This document shows, piece after piece, positions 43,506-53,358 of a DNA stretch of 64,000 nt. Both the position numbers and the translations under genes were made by a program. Location of the stretch: contig CAZUXW010000004.1 in NCBI GenBank assembly GCA_964624625.1, forward strand, positions 28,931-92,930, written 5' to 3'. Each line of letters begins with the position of its first letter. Position 1 is the first letter of the stretch. Origin of the DNA: an uncultured bacterium. Lineage in GTDB: Bacteria; Oederibacteriota; Muellerivitia; Muellerivitales; Muellerivitaceae. The notes under the pieces are model-generated. The model ran no database searches, was not told where the DNA came from, and saw only the letters and a program-made list of their open reading frames with translations.

Positions 43506-44350
43506 AATTTTTCCCGCAGGGCGCGGGCCTTCTCGAAATAGTCGAACCAAAACCGGGAATTCCCTTTTTTGAGTTTCTTTTCCAGCGCGGCCAGGGTCCT
43601 TCGGTATTGGAGCAGGCAGGATTTGATTTCCACCGCGTTCATTTCCAGGATATCGCTCCACATGGCGGGATTTCCCCCCGCGATCCGGGTAAAGTCGCGG
43701 AAACCCGATCCCACGGCCGTCCGGAGGGAGGAAGACCGGCGGAGCTGACGCCCATATTGGCTGGTGAGGACCGCCGCCAAGAGGTGGGGCAGGTGGCTGG
43801 AGAGGGCCACGTTGCGGTCGTGGGTCGCCGCGTCCATCACAACCGGTCTGGCCCCGGTTTCTTTCCAAAAGTCGACCGACCTCCGGACAAGCCCCGCGGG
43901 TGTTTTCGGAAGGGGCGTGATGAAGACAAACTTTCCTTTATACAAGTCCGGGTCCGCGAAAGCGGGGCCGGATTTTTCCTTTCCCGCCATGGGGTGGCAG
44001 GGGACGAAATGAAGGTTCATCCCCGGCAGGCGGGACGCGGCCTTCACCACTTCCCCCTTCACGCTGGACACATCCAAAATAAGGGTTCGTGGTTGGAGCA
44101 GGGGGGTCAATTCCCTCAAAACGGGAGCGATGGATCCGGAGTGGGCGCACAATACGATGACATCGGCTCCCAGCACGGCCTTTTCGAAAGTCGCGGCGAC
44201 CGGCAAAAGTTTCGCGGCTTTTTTTCGGGAGGCGGCCCTGTGATTCCAGCCGACGAGGTCATATTTTCGTTTTTTTTTCAAAACCAAAGCAAGGGATCCG
44301 CCCAAGAGGCCGACCCCAATGATCGCGACTTTGGAATGGGAGGTACTCAT
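43502..44350 (-). CDS. tyrA: Prephenate/arogenate dehydrogenase
   Basis: N-terminal Rossmann motif VAIIGVGLLGGS and a TyrA-like catalytic region (HPMAG). Confidence 0.85.
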   Translation of the reverse strand: MSTSHSKVAIIGVGLLGGSLALVLKKKRKYDLVGWNHRAASRKKAAKLLPVAATFEKAVLGADVIVLCAHSGSIAPVLRELTPLLQPRTLILDVSSVKGEVVKAASRLPGMNLHFVPCHPMAGKEKSGPAFADPDLYKGKFVFITPLPKTPAGLVRRSVDFWKETGARPVVMDAATHDRNVALSSHLPHLLAAVLTSQYGRQLRRSSSLRTAVGSGFRDFTRIAGGNPAMWSDILEMNAVEIKSCLLQYRRTLAALEKKLKKGNSRFWFDYFEKARALREKL

Positions 44351-45447
44351 TTGGGATGGGCTCCCTTTGCCTTGAGGACCCCTTCGAAAACCCCAAGGAA
44401 ATTTCGCGTTTCTTCCTCCGTCCCCGTGGTGACCCTCAGAGCGTTGGGCCCCATGGGACGGATGATGACTCCCTTTTCCAGAAGCCCTTGGTAGAGCTCA
44501 AGGGCGCCGGGAATGTTGAAATAAACAAAGTTCGCCTGGGTTGGCGCCGGCTTTAATCCCAGTTTGACGAGGCCGTCCAAAAGAAGGCCGCGCATGGAAC
44601 TGTTGAGCGCCGTGACTTTTTTCATGTGGGAGATGTCCGTCAAGGCCGCTTCCGCGGCGGTCATGGCCAGGCTGTTGACGTTAAAAGGCTGTCGGGTTTT
44701 TTGGTAAATTTCGGCGAAATCCTCGTGGGCGATGCCGTAACCGACGCGGAGGCCGGCCAGTCCGAAGGCCTTGGAGAAGGTCCGAAGCACGATGAGATTG
44801 GGGTATTTGTCCAGGATGCGCAGGGATTCGAAATAGGTTTTTTCTTCCACGTACTCGTAATAGGCCTCGTCCAAGACCACCAGGACGCTGGGAGGACAAA
44901 CCTTTAAGAAAGCCTCCACCGCCAATAGGGAAACCATGGATCCCGTCGGGTTGTTGGGGTTACAAATGTAAACCAACTTGGTTTTGGGGGTCAGGGCCTT
45001 GGAGAAGGCCTGCAGGTCATGGGCGAAATCTTTCAGGGGAATGGCCCTGGGAACCGCCTCAAAAAGTTGGGCCACCAGGGGGTAAATAATGAAGCCTGGC
45101 TCCGCGAAAACAACCTCGTCGCCGGGATTTAAAACCATTTGGCCCAAAAGGACCAAGAGCTCATTGGAGCCGTTTCCCAATAAAACCTGTTTGGGATTCA
45201 CCCCCAAGTGGCGCGAAAGGGCGTGGGAAAGATTATGGGCGCCGCCATCGGGATAGCGGCTTATTTTGGACAGGGCCTTTTCCAGGGCTTGAAGCACCTT
45301 GGGCGAGGGCCCCAGGGGATTTTCGTTGGAAGCGATCTTGGACGCGTTTTGGATGCCCAGTTCCCTTTCCAGCTCCTCAATGGGTTTGCCGGGAATGTAG
45401 GGCTTGATCCCCAATAAGTTTTTTCGAAGCGGCACTTGGAATGACAT
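44347..45447 (-). CDS. hisC: Histidinol-phosphate/aromatic aminotransferase
   Basis: N-terminal KPY.PGK…KLASNENP signature and a PLP-Lys region (TFSKAFGLAGLRVGY). Confidence 0.8.
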   Translation of the reverse strand: MSFQVPLRKNLLGIKPYIPGKPIEELERELGIQNASKIASNENPLGPSPKVLQALEKALSKISRYPDGGAHNLSHALSRHLGVNPKQVLLGNGSNELLVLLGQMVLNPGDEVVFAEPGFIIYPLVAQLFEAVPRAIPLKDFAHDLQAFSKALTPKTKLVYICNPNNPTGSMVSLLAVEAFLKVCPPSVLVVLDEAYYEYVEEKTYFESLRILDKYPNLIVLRTFSKAFGLAGLRVGYGIAHEDFAEIYQKTRQPFNVNSLAMTAAEAALTDISHMKKVTALNSSMRGLLLDGLVKLGLKPAPTQANFVYFNIPGALELYQGLLEKGVIIRPMGPNALRVTTGTEEETRNFLGVFEGVLKAKGAHPK

Positions 45448-45520
45448 TTTAAAACCTCAAAGTGGTTCCGGGGCCAAGGCGCCAGGTACCAGTTGGAACC
45501 TGGAACCTAGTTCCTGGTTT

Positions 45521-46603
45521 TCAATTTTCGCTTCTCGGGTAGGACCCAAGAACCTTGACGGTCAAGGAGGCCTTCTCGATTTCCGCAAGGGCTTTCTGCG
45601 CCTTGGGATCCGCCACATGGCCCAAGAAATCAATGAAGAAGTAATAGTCCCATGCTTTTTTCCGGGAAGGCCGGGATTCGATGCTGGATAAATTAATCCC
45701 CTGTTTCTCGAAGGGATAAAGCAGGGAGAAAAGGGCGCCGACCTTATCCTTGATCGAGACCATGATCGAGGTTTTATCGTTGCCGGTTTTCTCGGCGCTG
45801 GTTTTTCCAATGACCAAGAAGCGGGTAAAGTTATCCTGCATGTCCTCAATGCGCTTGGCGATGGGCTTTAACTTGTAAAGTTTCGCCGCCAATCCCGGGG
45901 CGATGGCAGCCGCCGACCCTTCCGACGAGGCCAACTGGGCCGCACGGGCCGTGCTGGCGCTTTCCGTGATGGCCACTCCCGGCAAGTTTGCCTCCAGCCA
46001 GACGCGGCATTGGGCCAAGGCTTGGGGATGGCTGTAAACTTTTTTCACTTTTTCGAAACTGCCGGATTTGGACATGAGCGTATACGAAATCGGCATGAAG
46101 ATTTCCGAGCAGATTTTCAAGTCCGACTCCACGAACAAATCCAGCGTGTGATTGATGGTGCCCTCGGTTGAGTTCTCGATCGGAACGACCCCATAGTGGG
46201 CCCTGCCCCTTTCCACTTCCAGGAACACGTCCTTCAGCGTCGCGCCCGCGACATAAGAGGAGGAACTGCCGAATTTTTGCAAAGCGGCGATATGGGTATT
46301 GGTTCCCAATTGGCCGAAATAAGCGATTTTTAATTTGGACTCAAGGGCCAGTGAGCCGGACATGATTTCGCAGAAAATGGAGGTCAGGATCTCATTGGAA
46401 AAAGGGCCATGGTTGAGACGGGCGATCCGCCGGTACACTTCCATTTCCCGGTGGGGCGCGTAAAAATGGAGCTCCCCTTTGGATTTGACGGATTTTATTT
46501 TTAGCACATTTTTAGCCCTCTCGTTTAAAAGGGCGACCAATCGGGCGTCGATCCGGTCGATGGCATCACGGAATTTTTTCAACTCATTTTTTGTTGTTTT
46601 CAC
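45521..46603 (-). CDS. pheA: Bifunctional chorismate mutase/prephenate dehydratase
   Basis: An N-terminal CM helix (R..ID.ID..L..LL.ER), a PDT domain with TRF and ESRP motifs, and a C-terminal ACT domain. Confidence 0.9.
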   Translation of the reverse strand: MKTTKNELKKFRDAIDRIDARLVALLNERAKNVLKIKSVKSKGELHFYAPHREMEVYRRIARLNHGPFSNEILTSIFCEIMSGSLALESKLKIAYFGQLGTNTHIAALQKFGSSSSYVAGATLKDVFLEVERGRAHYGVVPIENSTEGTINHTLDLFVESDLKICSEIFMPISYTLMSKSGSFEKVKKVYSHPQALAQCRVWLEANLPGVAITESASTARAAQLASSEGSAAAIAPGLAAKLYKLKPIAKRIEDMQDNFTRFLVIGKTSAEKTGNDKTSIMVSIKDKVGALFSLLYPFEKQGINLSSIESRPSRKKAWDYYFFIDFLGHVADPKAQKALAEIEKASLTVKVLGSYPRSEN

Positions 46604-46686
46604 TGTCGAATCCCCGGAAAAATTCGATAAAATGCGAAGCGATCGGTCAGGATTATATTACATTTTACCGCGTTCATGGGAACATT

Positions 46687-47547
46687 ATGAATCCACCGGC
46701 TTCCCCGGGAAAAATCCGCTTCGTTTTTTTCCTCGCGCTCCTTATTTTGATTTTCACTTTGGGATTTTTCCTTTCCTTCGCGCGGGATCAATCCCGGGCC
46801 CGGGACACGGGTCGGCTGGCATGGAGCCATTTAATTTACGTCCTGGACCTCAAGGATGACATGGCGGTGGTGGATTGGTCCAAAAATTTGGAAACTTTGG
46901 AGATTGTCGCAGCATTTCGGGTGAAGTCCGCAGGAAAGGTCGTCATTGACGGAGGCAACCTTGAATTCCTTCCCGCGGCTGTTCCTGAGGGCGTGTCTTT
47001 CAAGGCGCCCGACCGTTGGATTTTTGAACAAAGGGAGGAGAAGGCGGGCCGCGAACCCAGGGAATTTGTAATGGCGCTTCACTTCCATCCCGGTCCCCTT
47101 CTCTGGGGCTTATTCGGATTAACCGCCTGTCTCCTTTCCTACTGGTTCAACCGAGGATCCGGGAAGCAGGCTCTCCAATCCCCGGAAGGAGGAACCGCTC
47201 ATAGTGAAGGCGGCAGCCGGACTTCCCCCCCTCCACCCCATCCTCCCACCTCCCCATCCCAAGTCCCTTCCGGCCTTCCTTATTTGTTTCTGGATAAACA
47301 TTACGTTATTCAACAAATTTCGCCGGAAGCCTCCGCCCTTCTGCAAAGACCTTCCTCGGATCTGCTTCAAGGCCATCTTTTTGATTTGGAACCGGACCCC
47401 CTATTAATGGAGGCGCTTTCGAAAAACCAGGAGGTTAAACTTTTAAAGTCCTTTAAATCCTACCAGCACCTTTCGGCGGTCCTCAAACCGGACCAGAACG
47501 GAACCTTGGTTTTTTTGGAGAGGATTGAACCGGCGAAAACCACCTGA
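46687..47547 (+). CDS. Hypothetical membrane protein with a Pro-rich linker
   Basis: An N-terminal TM (FVFFLALLILIFTLGFFL), a second TM and a PPPPHPPTSPS linker. The ATG at 46687 is preferred over the upstream extension that overlaps pheA. Confidence 0.4.
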   Translation: MNPPASPGKIRFVFFLALLILIFTLGFFLSFARDQSRARDTGRLAWSHLIYVLDLKDDMAVVDWSKNLETLEIVAAFRVKSAGKVVIDGGNLEFLPAAVPEGVSFKAPDRWIFEQREEKAGREPREFVMALHFHPGPLLWGLFGLTACLLSYWFNRGSGKQALQSPEGGTAHSEGGSRTSPPPPHPPTSPSQVPSGLPYLFLDKHYVIQQISPEASALLQRPSSDLLQGHLFDLEPDPLLMEALSKNQEVKLLKSFKSYQHLSAVLKPDQNGTLVFLERIEPAKTT

Positions 47548-47626
47548 AATCATTGAATTTGTTGACTTTTTAAACTAAAAACCATAAACTGCGGTCAAAT
47601 CTAATCCACTCCCCAGGAACGCCCGA

Positions 47627-48937
47627 TTGCGCGAAACTTTAAAAAGTTTATCCATTTTCTCCTCCATGCTTTTACTGCTTCTTCTTATTTCCTCGGGTTG
47701 TGATGTCAACATTCCCGGGTGCGGGAAAAGGACCCTTCCTTTTTTTAAAAGAATCGCTCCACCCCCCACGCCCGTTCCCCAGCCGGTTCAATCGGCCCCC
47801 GTTAATCCTGTCGCGACCCCTGAACCAGCAGTTCCTATCCCGGTAACCCAGCCAGTGACCAAGACGAAGGACAAAAAAACCTCGCTGGAAGCCTCCACTG
47901 AAATGTCCATATCCAAGCCGAAAGCAGGGCCCACTTTTTCTCCCACGCCGACCTTTACCCCCATCGAAGCCGAAAAAATCGCCTATACCACCATTGAAAA
48001 GGACAAGCCCACCCTTTGGACCATGAACCCGGATGGCACCGGCAGGACCCGTTTGACGGCGGTTGGAACGGGAAGCTGGTTCCCGCTTTGGTCCCCGAAC
48101 GGCAAGATTTTGGCTTTCTTATCCGACATGAACGACGAAAAGAAAATGAATCTTTACATGGTCAAAAAAGGCACCAATGATTTTACCCAAATAACCTTTT
48201 ATCCCGACATGACGATCGAAAACTCGAATAACTTAAAATCCCCCTTTACCTGGTCCCCTCGAAGCGACGAGATCGCCTACACTTACCACAACCAGGTTTG
48301 GAAAGTGGACCTGACAACCCTGAGCCAGGTAACCTTAACCACTCTTGATCCCGCCTACTCGGTTTCAGCGGTCGAATGGGCCCCCCACCGCGACACGAAA
48401 TTCGTGGCCTACCTGGCTAAAAAAGGCGTTGATTTCTTTGGCTTGGTATTAGTCAATCCCCGTCTGATGGATCAACTGAAGTTGGTGGACTCCTCCACCC
48501 TCATCTCCGACATGACCTGGTCCCCCGACGCCCGGAATATCGCCTATGTTTTAAATAAAACCTCCATTTATTTGGCCTCAGCGGAAAGATCCCTTCCCAA
48601 GCTGGTCCTCTTGGGCGGCAATGCCGAACTGGGTCCCTTGCTTTCTTATTCTCCCGCGGAATCCACTGTTTCCCCCCTGTTAACCTTGGCAAAGAAACTT
48701 TCGACCGATAATGGCTTTCGTGTAGCCGTGCTGGATAAGGCCGCCTCGGACAAGGACACGGGTTCGTTGAAATTCCTTACCGAGCCTGGTGCCGTGGACG
48801 CCATTTGGTCGCCGGACGGAGGCAAGATCGCCTATGTGATGAATGGCGAGCTTTGGGTCATGGATGGGTTGACGGGAGCGAATAAAACTAGAATCGCCGC
48901 CACTGGGATTATCACGCCCAATTGGTCGAAAAAGTGA
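47627..48937 (+). CDS. Lipoprotein with a TolB-like PD40 beta-propeller
   Basis: Lipobox LLISSGC, a Pro/Thr-rich linker and repeated WSP.G/WSPDG blades. Confidence 0.6.
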   Translation: MRETLKSLSIFSSMLLLLLLISSGCDVNIPGCGKRTLPFFKRIAPPPTPVPQPVQSAPVNPVATPEPAVPIPVTQPVTKTKDKKTSLEASTEMSISKPKAGPTFSPTPTFTPIEAEKIAYTTIEKDKPTLWTMNPDGTGRTRLTAVGTGSWFPLWSPNGKILAFLSDMNDEKKMNLYMVKKGTNDFTQITFYPDMTIENSNNLKSPFTWSPRSDEIAYTYHNQVWKVDLTTLSQVTLTTLDPAYSVSAVEWAPHRDTKFVAYLAKKGVDFFGLVLVNPRLMDQLKLVDSSTLISDMTWSPDARNIAYVLNKTSIYLASAERSLPKLVLLGGNAELGPLLSYSPAESTVSPLLTLAKKLSTDNGFRVAVLDKAASDKDTGSLKFLTEPGAVDAIWSPDGGKIAYVMNGELWVMDGLTGANKTRIAATGIITPNWSKK

Positions 48938-48945
48938 GAACACAA

Positions 48946-49953
48946 ATGAGGGCAGTCCTAAAATATCCGAGGTTCACGGCAGGCTTGGCCTTGCTCCTAT
49001 TGATGGGTCTTGTGGCGACCACTGGCTGCAAGAAAAGAGCGGAGGCTCCGCCGCCCCCGCCCCCGACGCCGACCCCCGTCATTCCCCCGGGAAGCCTGGT
49101 GTTCATCCAAAAGGGCCATTTAGCGAGATTGGATATGGAATCGAACCAAATCACGCCCTTGACCAGCGGCAAAAGCACCGAGTGGTATCCCTCCTGTTCC
49201 CCCAAAGGCGACCAGGTCATTTATTGGTCCAATTACGCCGAAGGAAATTCCGGACAAGGAAGCTATAACCTTTGGAAAATGAATTTGGACGGGACCAACC
49301 GGATCCAACTCACCTTTGAGGAAACGGACGCGATCCAAACCAACGAGCAAAATCTCCGATTAAACGACGCGGCGTCATGGTCCATCGACGGCAAAAGGAT
49401 CATTTACTCCATCGGCGGGGACATCTGGACGATTAACTCCGATGGTTATAACCCGGAAACAATCCTGCTGGGCCATCACGCCCTTTGCCCCCTTCTGTCC
49501 CCGGACGGCAAAACCGTCTTGTTCATCTCCAATGAGGGTGACGTGGTTTTCAATATTTGGGCCCTGAACCTGGAGGAAAAAACCGTGAAGAAAATAACCG
49601 AATATACCGATTGGAACGTCGGCTCCCCCTCCTATTCCATGGACGGGAAAAAGATCCTCTTTAATTTATACCGCTCCAATGTGACCCAGGTTTACACCGC
49701 CAACGCCGACGGTTCCGATCCCCTGAACATCACCAATAACAACCGCAGCTTGTGCCCCCGTTACGCCGTTAACGACCGTAAAATAGTCTTCAGCTCTTTT
49801 GGAACGGGCGAGGACGCGGGTCTTAATCTTTTCATCGTGAACGCCAACGGAACCGAGACAAAAACCCTCACCACCGAGGGGGGAGCCTCTCCCAGCTGGG
49901 CCCCCGCCCGGGTTGTCACTTCAACGTCCCTCCCGACTCCTGTCGGTAAATAA
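48946..49953 (+). CDS. Lipoprotein with a TolB-like PD40 beta-propeller (tandem paralog)
   Basis: Lipobox VATTGC, a PPPPPPTPTP linker and PD40 blades (CSPKGDQVIYWSN, LSPDGKTVLF). The start is uncertain: ATG at 48946 or TTG at 48922. Confidence 0.55.
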   Translation: MRAVLKYPRFTAGLALLLLMGLVATTGCKKRAEAPPPPPPTPTPVIPPGSLVFIQKGHLARLDMESNQITPLTSGKSTEWYPSCSPKGDQVIYWSNYAEGNSGQGSYNLWKMNLDGTNRIQLTFEETDAIQTNEQNLRLNDAASWSIDGKRIIYSIGGDIWTINSDGYNPETILLGHHALCPLLSPDGKTVLFISNEGDVVFNIWALNLEEKTVKKITEYTDWNVGSPSYSMDGKKILFNLYRSNVTQVYTANADGSDPLNITNNNRSLCPRYAVNDRKIVFSSFGTGEDAGLNLFIVNANGTETKTLTTEGGASPSWAPARVVTSTSLPTPVGK

Positions 49954-51270
49954 CTAAACCACCCATTTCAGCAGTTCGGGATAGAGCGGGAATTTTTTCG
50001 TCAATTCCCCTATTTCCCCCTTCACCTTTTCTCGCACTTCCTTGTTTTCAGGCGCGGTGATGACCTCGTTGATCCATTTGGCGATCAACTTGAATTCCGC
50101 TTCCTTAAAGCCCCTGGTGGTCAGGGCGGGCGAGCCCAGCCTCAAACCGCTGGTTAAAAGCGGCGATTCGGTGTCGTAGGGCACGGAGTTCTTGTTGGTG
50201 GTGATATTGGCCTCATCCAGGGTCATTTGGGCCTGCTTTCCGTTGATCTTCTTGTTCCGCAGGTCAATCAGCATCAAGTGGTTATCCGTCCCCCCTGAGA
50301 CGATGTTAAATCCATATCCCACGAGGGCCTCACAAAGTGTTTTCGCGTTGAGTTTCACCTGTTTGGCGTATTGCTTGAACTCCGGCTTCAGGGCCTCCCC
50401 AAAGGCCACGGCCTTGGCCGCGATGACGTGCATCAGCGGCCCGCCTTGGATTCCGGGGATCATTTGGCTGTCCAACAGTTCCCCCATTTTTTTAGTACGG
50501 CCGCTTTTGGGAGCCACCGCTCCAAAAGGGTTATCAAAGTCCTTCCCCATGAGGATCATGCCGCCTCGCGGGCCCCGGAGGGTTTTGTGGGTCGTCGTGG
50601 TGACCACATGACAATGGTCCATGGGGTTATTGAGCTCGCCCGCCACGATCAAACCCGCCGTATGGGCGATATCAGCCCAAAGGAAGGCGCCGACCTCGTC
50701 CGCGATCTGGCGGAAGGCCGCGTAATCCCAATCCCTCGAGTAGGCTGACGCGCCGATGGAGATCATCTTGGGCCTGTGTTTTTTGGCCAAATCCCTGGCC
50801 TGGTCCATATCCACCCGACCGTCCTCCTTGCGGACCTGGTAGGCGAAGAAGTTATACATCCTCCCGGAGAAATTTCCCTTGAAACCGTGGGTCAGGTGTC
50901 CGCCGTGGGACAAATCAAGGCCCAGGACCGTGTCGCCGGGATTGATGAAGGTAAAATAAACCGCCATGTTGGCCTGGCTGCCGGCGTGGGGCTGCACATT
51001 GACATATTGCGCCCCGAAAAAAAGTTTGGAAGCCCTTTCCCTGGCCAGGTTCTCCGCCACATCCACCCACTCGCAGCCGCCGTAATAGCGGTTGCCGGGA
51101 TAGCCCTCGGCGTATTTATTGTTCATCACGTTGCCCAGAGTATCCAGGACGGCCACGCTTGGAAAATTTTCCGAGGCGATAAGTTCCAGCTTCTCGTTCT
51201 GCCGGTGAAGCTCCCCCACGGTCGCCCGGTAGATTTCAGGATCGGCGGCTTTTAGGTATTCCATGGACAT
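49954..51270 (-). CDS. glyA: Serine hydroxymethyltransferase
   Basis: Motifs ELIASENF and [15 protein letters not shown] (PLP-Lys), and the overall SHMT sequence. Confidence 0.9.
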   Translation of the reverse strand: MSMEYLKAADPEIYRATVGELHRQNEKLELIASENFPSVAVLDTLGNVMNNKYAEGYPGNRYYGGCEWVDVAENLARERASKLFFGAQYVNVQPHAGSQANMAVYFTFINPGDTVLGLDLSHGGHLTHGFKGNFSGRMYNFFAYQVRKEDGRVDMDQARDLAKKHRPKMISIGASAYSRDWDYAAFRQIADEVGAFLWADIAHTAGLIVAGELNNPMDHCHVVTTTTHKTLRGPRGGMILMGKDFDNPFGAVAPKSGRTKKMGELLDSQMIPGIQGGPLMHVIAAKAVAFGEALKPEFKQYAKQVKLNAKTLCEALVGYGFNIVSGGTDNHLMLIDLRNKKINGKQAQMTLDEANITTNKNSVPYDTESPLLTSGLRLGSPALTTRGFKEAEFKLIAKWINEVITAPENKEVREKVKGEIGELTKKFPLYPELLKWVV

Positions 51271-51333
51271 GGGTGAGGCTCCTTTTCGAGTGGTTTAATT
51301 TTGCCGGCCAGGACGGGGCCCCCGCCGGCGGTT

Positions 51334-51654
51334 TTAAAAGCGAACGATCATCCCGACTTTTAGCCGCAATTTGCCGCATGAGCCGCGAGGCAGTTCCAAA
51401 CAATGCTCGCTTTCCGGGGGCCCCCAAAAGAGGCGCCAAGGGCCGGCGGACGGAACAATTTCGAGTATTGTCCGGGTTTTATCCATAAAAACAAGGTCTG
51501 GTTTTAAAAAAGTGAAGAAGGTATGGACGGACCGGCAATGGGGGAAAAAAAGGCCCTTGGCCCCGGGGGGCCAGTTCCGCATCCCCATGAGGCCTAAAAA
51601 TCTCGGCCAAAATGTCCCGGCGGTCAGGATGTTTTGAAGGGACAGGCTTCTCAT
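51334..51654 (-). CDS. DUF192-family protein (COG1430)
   Basis: ~106 aa with HCRSVHTFFTF…DLVFMD, resembling the DUF192 core. Confidence 0.55.
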   Translation of the reverse strand: MRSLSLQNILTAGTFWPRFLGLMGMRNWPPGAKGLFFPHCRSVHTFFTFLKPDLVFMDKTRTILEIVPSAGPWRLFWGPPESEHCLELPRGSCGKLRLKVGMIVRF

Positions 51655-52517
51655 GGCCGGAAGAATTGCAGGAGAATGGGCCCAAAGATGATCAAAAAAG
51701 TCACCGGCATGATGAAGAGGATCAAGGGGACCAGCATCTTAACGGGCATTTCCTGGACGGTTTTTTCGGCCCTTTGAGTTTGCTTGTCACGGGTGGTCAA
51801 GGAAAGCTGCCGCAGGATTTTCGAGACCCCTGTGCCGAAGCGCTCGGCCTGGATAAGGCTGGCGCAAAAGAGGCTGTAATCGGTCAAATGGAGCCGGCTG
51901 GCAGAGGATTCCAGCGCCTTTTTGCGGCTGGAACCGCTTTGGGTTTGCCCCAGGACAAGGGTGAATTCGGCCTGGAGGGGTCCTGGTTTTGAATGGCGGA
52001 GATATTGCTCCATCGACTGTTCCAGGGAAAGGCCAGCCTCGGAACATAAAGAGAGGATTTCCAACGCGTTCGGCAATTCCGACAGCAGAGCCCTTTCCCG
52101 CCTCCCGGCCTGGTCCCGAAGCCATTGCAGAGGGAGGATTCCTCCGGCCAAGAGGGCCAAGAGCCCCAGTCCCAGGCTGCCGGTCAAAAAAAGAACAAAA
52201 GCCGCAGCCACCAGGGCTGAAAATATTTGGGAAAAAACCAAATGGCGCTGGGTCAAGTCGCCGCGTCCCGCCCTTTGAAGAAGGCCCGAGAGGTAGAGGG
52301 CGTAATTCCCGGCCCATTTGAATCTCGAAAGCGATGGAAGCCTATTTCCGACGAGAAAAATGGTTCCGGCGGCCAGGGAGGTCTTTTGGGATTGGAGGAG
52401 GTTCGACAGCCTGATTTTTTGCCTCCAGGTGCGCCAGGAGGACAGGGCCTCGTCCGCCAGGTTGAAAGAAAGCCATCCCCACATGACCGCTGAAATGAGG
52501 AGAAAAAAGGTCGCCAA
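51651..52517 (-). CDS. tadC: Tad/Flp pilus assembly protein TadC (T2SS-F family)
   Basis: A GspF-like cytoplasmic domain (LSELPNALEILSLCSEAGLSLEQS) with TM helices at both ends. It overlaps the DUF192 gene by 4 nt. Confidence 0.65.
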   Translation of the reverse strand: MATFFLLISAVMWGWLSFNLADEALSSWRTWRQKIRLSNLLQSQKTSLAAGTIFLVGNRLPSLSRFKWAGNYALYLSGLLQRAGRGDLTQRHLVFSQIFSALVAAAFVLFLTGSLGLGLLALLAGGILPLQWLRDQAGRRERALLSELPNALEILSLCSEAGLSLEQSMEQYLRHSKPGPLQAEFTLVLGQTQSGSSRKKALESSASRLHLTDYSLFCASLIQAERFGTGVSKILRQLSLTTRDKQTQRAEKTVQEMPVKMLVPLILFIMPVTFLIIFGPILLQFFRP

Positions 52518-52518
52518 G

Positions 52519-53358
52519 TCAAAACTCCAAGCGTAAAAGCTGTCGAATCCAAAGGAACCCGATCGTTTCCAACAAACCAGCCAGCAGAAGGATGGCCCAT
52601 CCTGTTTTTTCGGTGAAAAGCGGGAGGATAAGGCCGGGATCCATGAAAAAAAAGACGGCTCCCAGCAAAAGCGGCAGCAACCCCATGAGAAGTCCCGAAA
52701 GCCGGGCCTGGGCCGTAAGGGCTTCCCTCTTACGGAACATCCTGTTCTTTTCCTCCATGCCGTCCATTAGGACCTCCAGCAAATGGATCAAATTAGCCCC
52801 CGTTTGCCGGGAAATCCTGTAGGATTCCAGAAATTGCCTCAACTCGATGAAACCCTCAAAACGACCGCACATTTTGGACAGGGCCTGGTCGGCGGAAGCC
52901 CCCAGATTCAACTCGGAGCAAACCAAGGACCATTCCTCTTTTAATGGACTGGGACTTTCCGCCGACAAGTACTCAAAAACCTGTTGGACGGTTTGACCTG
53001 TTTTAAGCGATTGAACCATCATCCCCAGAGCTTGAGGGAAAAGCTCGCGCATCCCCTCCATTTTTTTATTCCGCTCGATTTTTTTCAGGTAAATCGGAAT
53101 ATTTTTGAGGGCGTACCAGCCCAAGGCGAGGGGAAAAAGGATGAAAAGGACCGGGAAACCAGCGAGCCCCAAGGCCGCCACCGCCGCCAGGGCGCAGAGG
53201 ATGCCAAGGGGGGCGCGGATGGGGATTCTTCCGCTCCAGGCCTTTGTCGGGAGGGTGGAAGGCTTGACCAGGGCCGACATCCCTTGGGCGGCCCACCAGG
53301 ATAAAAGTCCCGCGGATAAGGCCGCCAAGCCCACGCCAGCCAACAGGGATGGGTTCAT
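52519..53358 (-). CDS. tadB: Tad/Flp pilus assembly protein TadB (T2SS-F family)
   Basis: A GspF-like domain (FPQALGMMVQSLKTGQTVQQ…LNLGAS.DQAL) and three TM segments. Confidence 0.65.
   Translation of the reverse strand: MNPSLLAGVGLAALSAGLLSWWAAQGMSALVKPSTLPTKAWSGRIPIRAPLGILCALAAVAALGLAGFPVLFILFPLALGWYALKNIPIYLKKIERNKKMEGMRELFPQALGMMVQSLKTGQTVQQVFEYLSAESPSPLKEEWSLVCSELNLGASADQALSKMCGRFEGFIELRQFLESYRISRQTGANLIHLLEVLMDGMEEKNRMFRKREALTAQARLSGLLMGLLPLLLGAVFFFMDPGLILPLFTEKTGWAILLLAGLLETIGFLWIRQLLRLEF

Noticed and set aside
43506-43868. 121-aa N-terminal extension of the aroA ORF
   Set aside because: It overlaps the 3' end of tyrA in another frame. The EPSP synthase homology starts at MMKKITVHP, where the ATG overlaps the tyrA stop.
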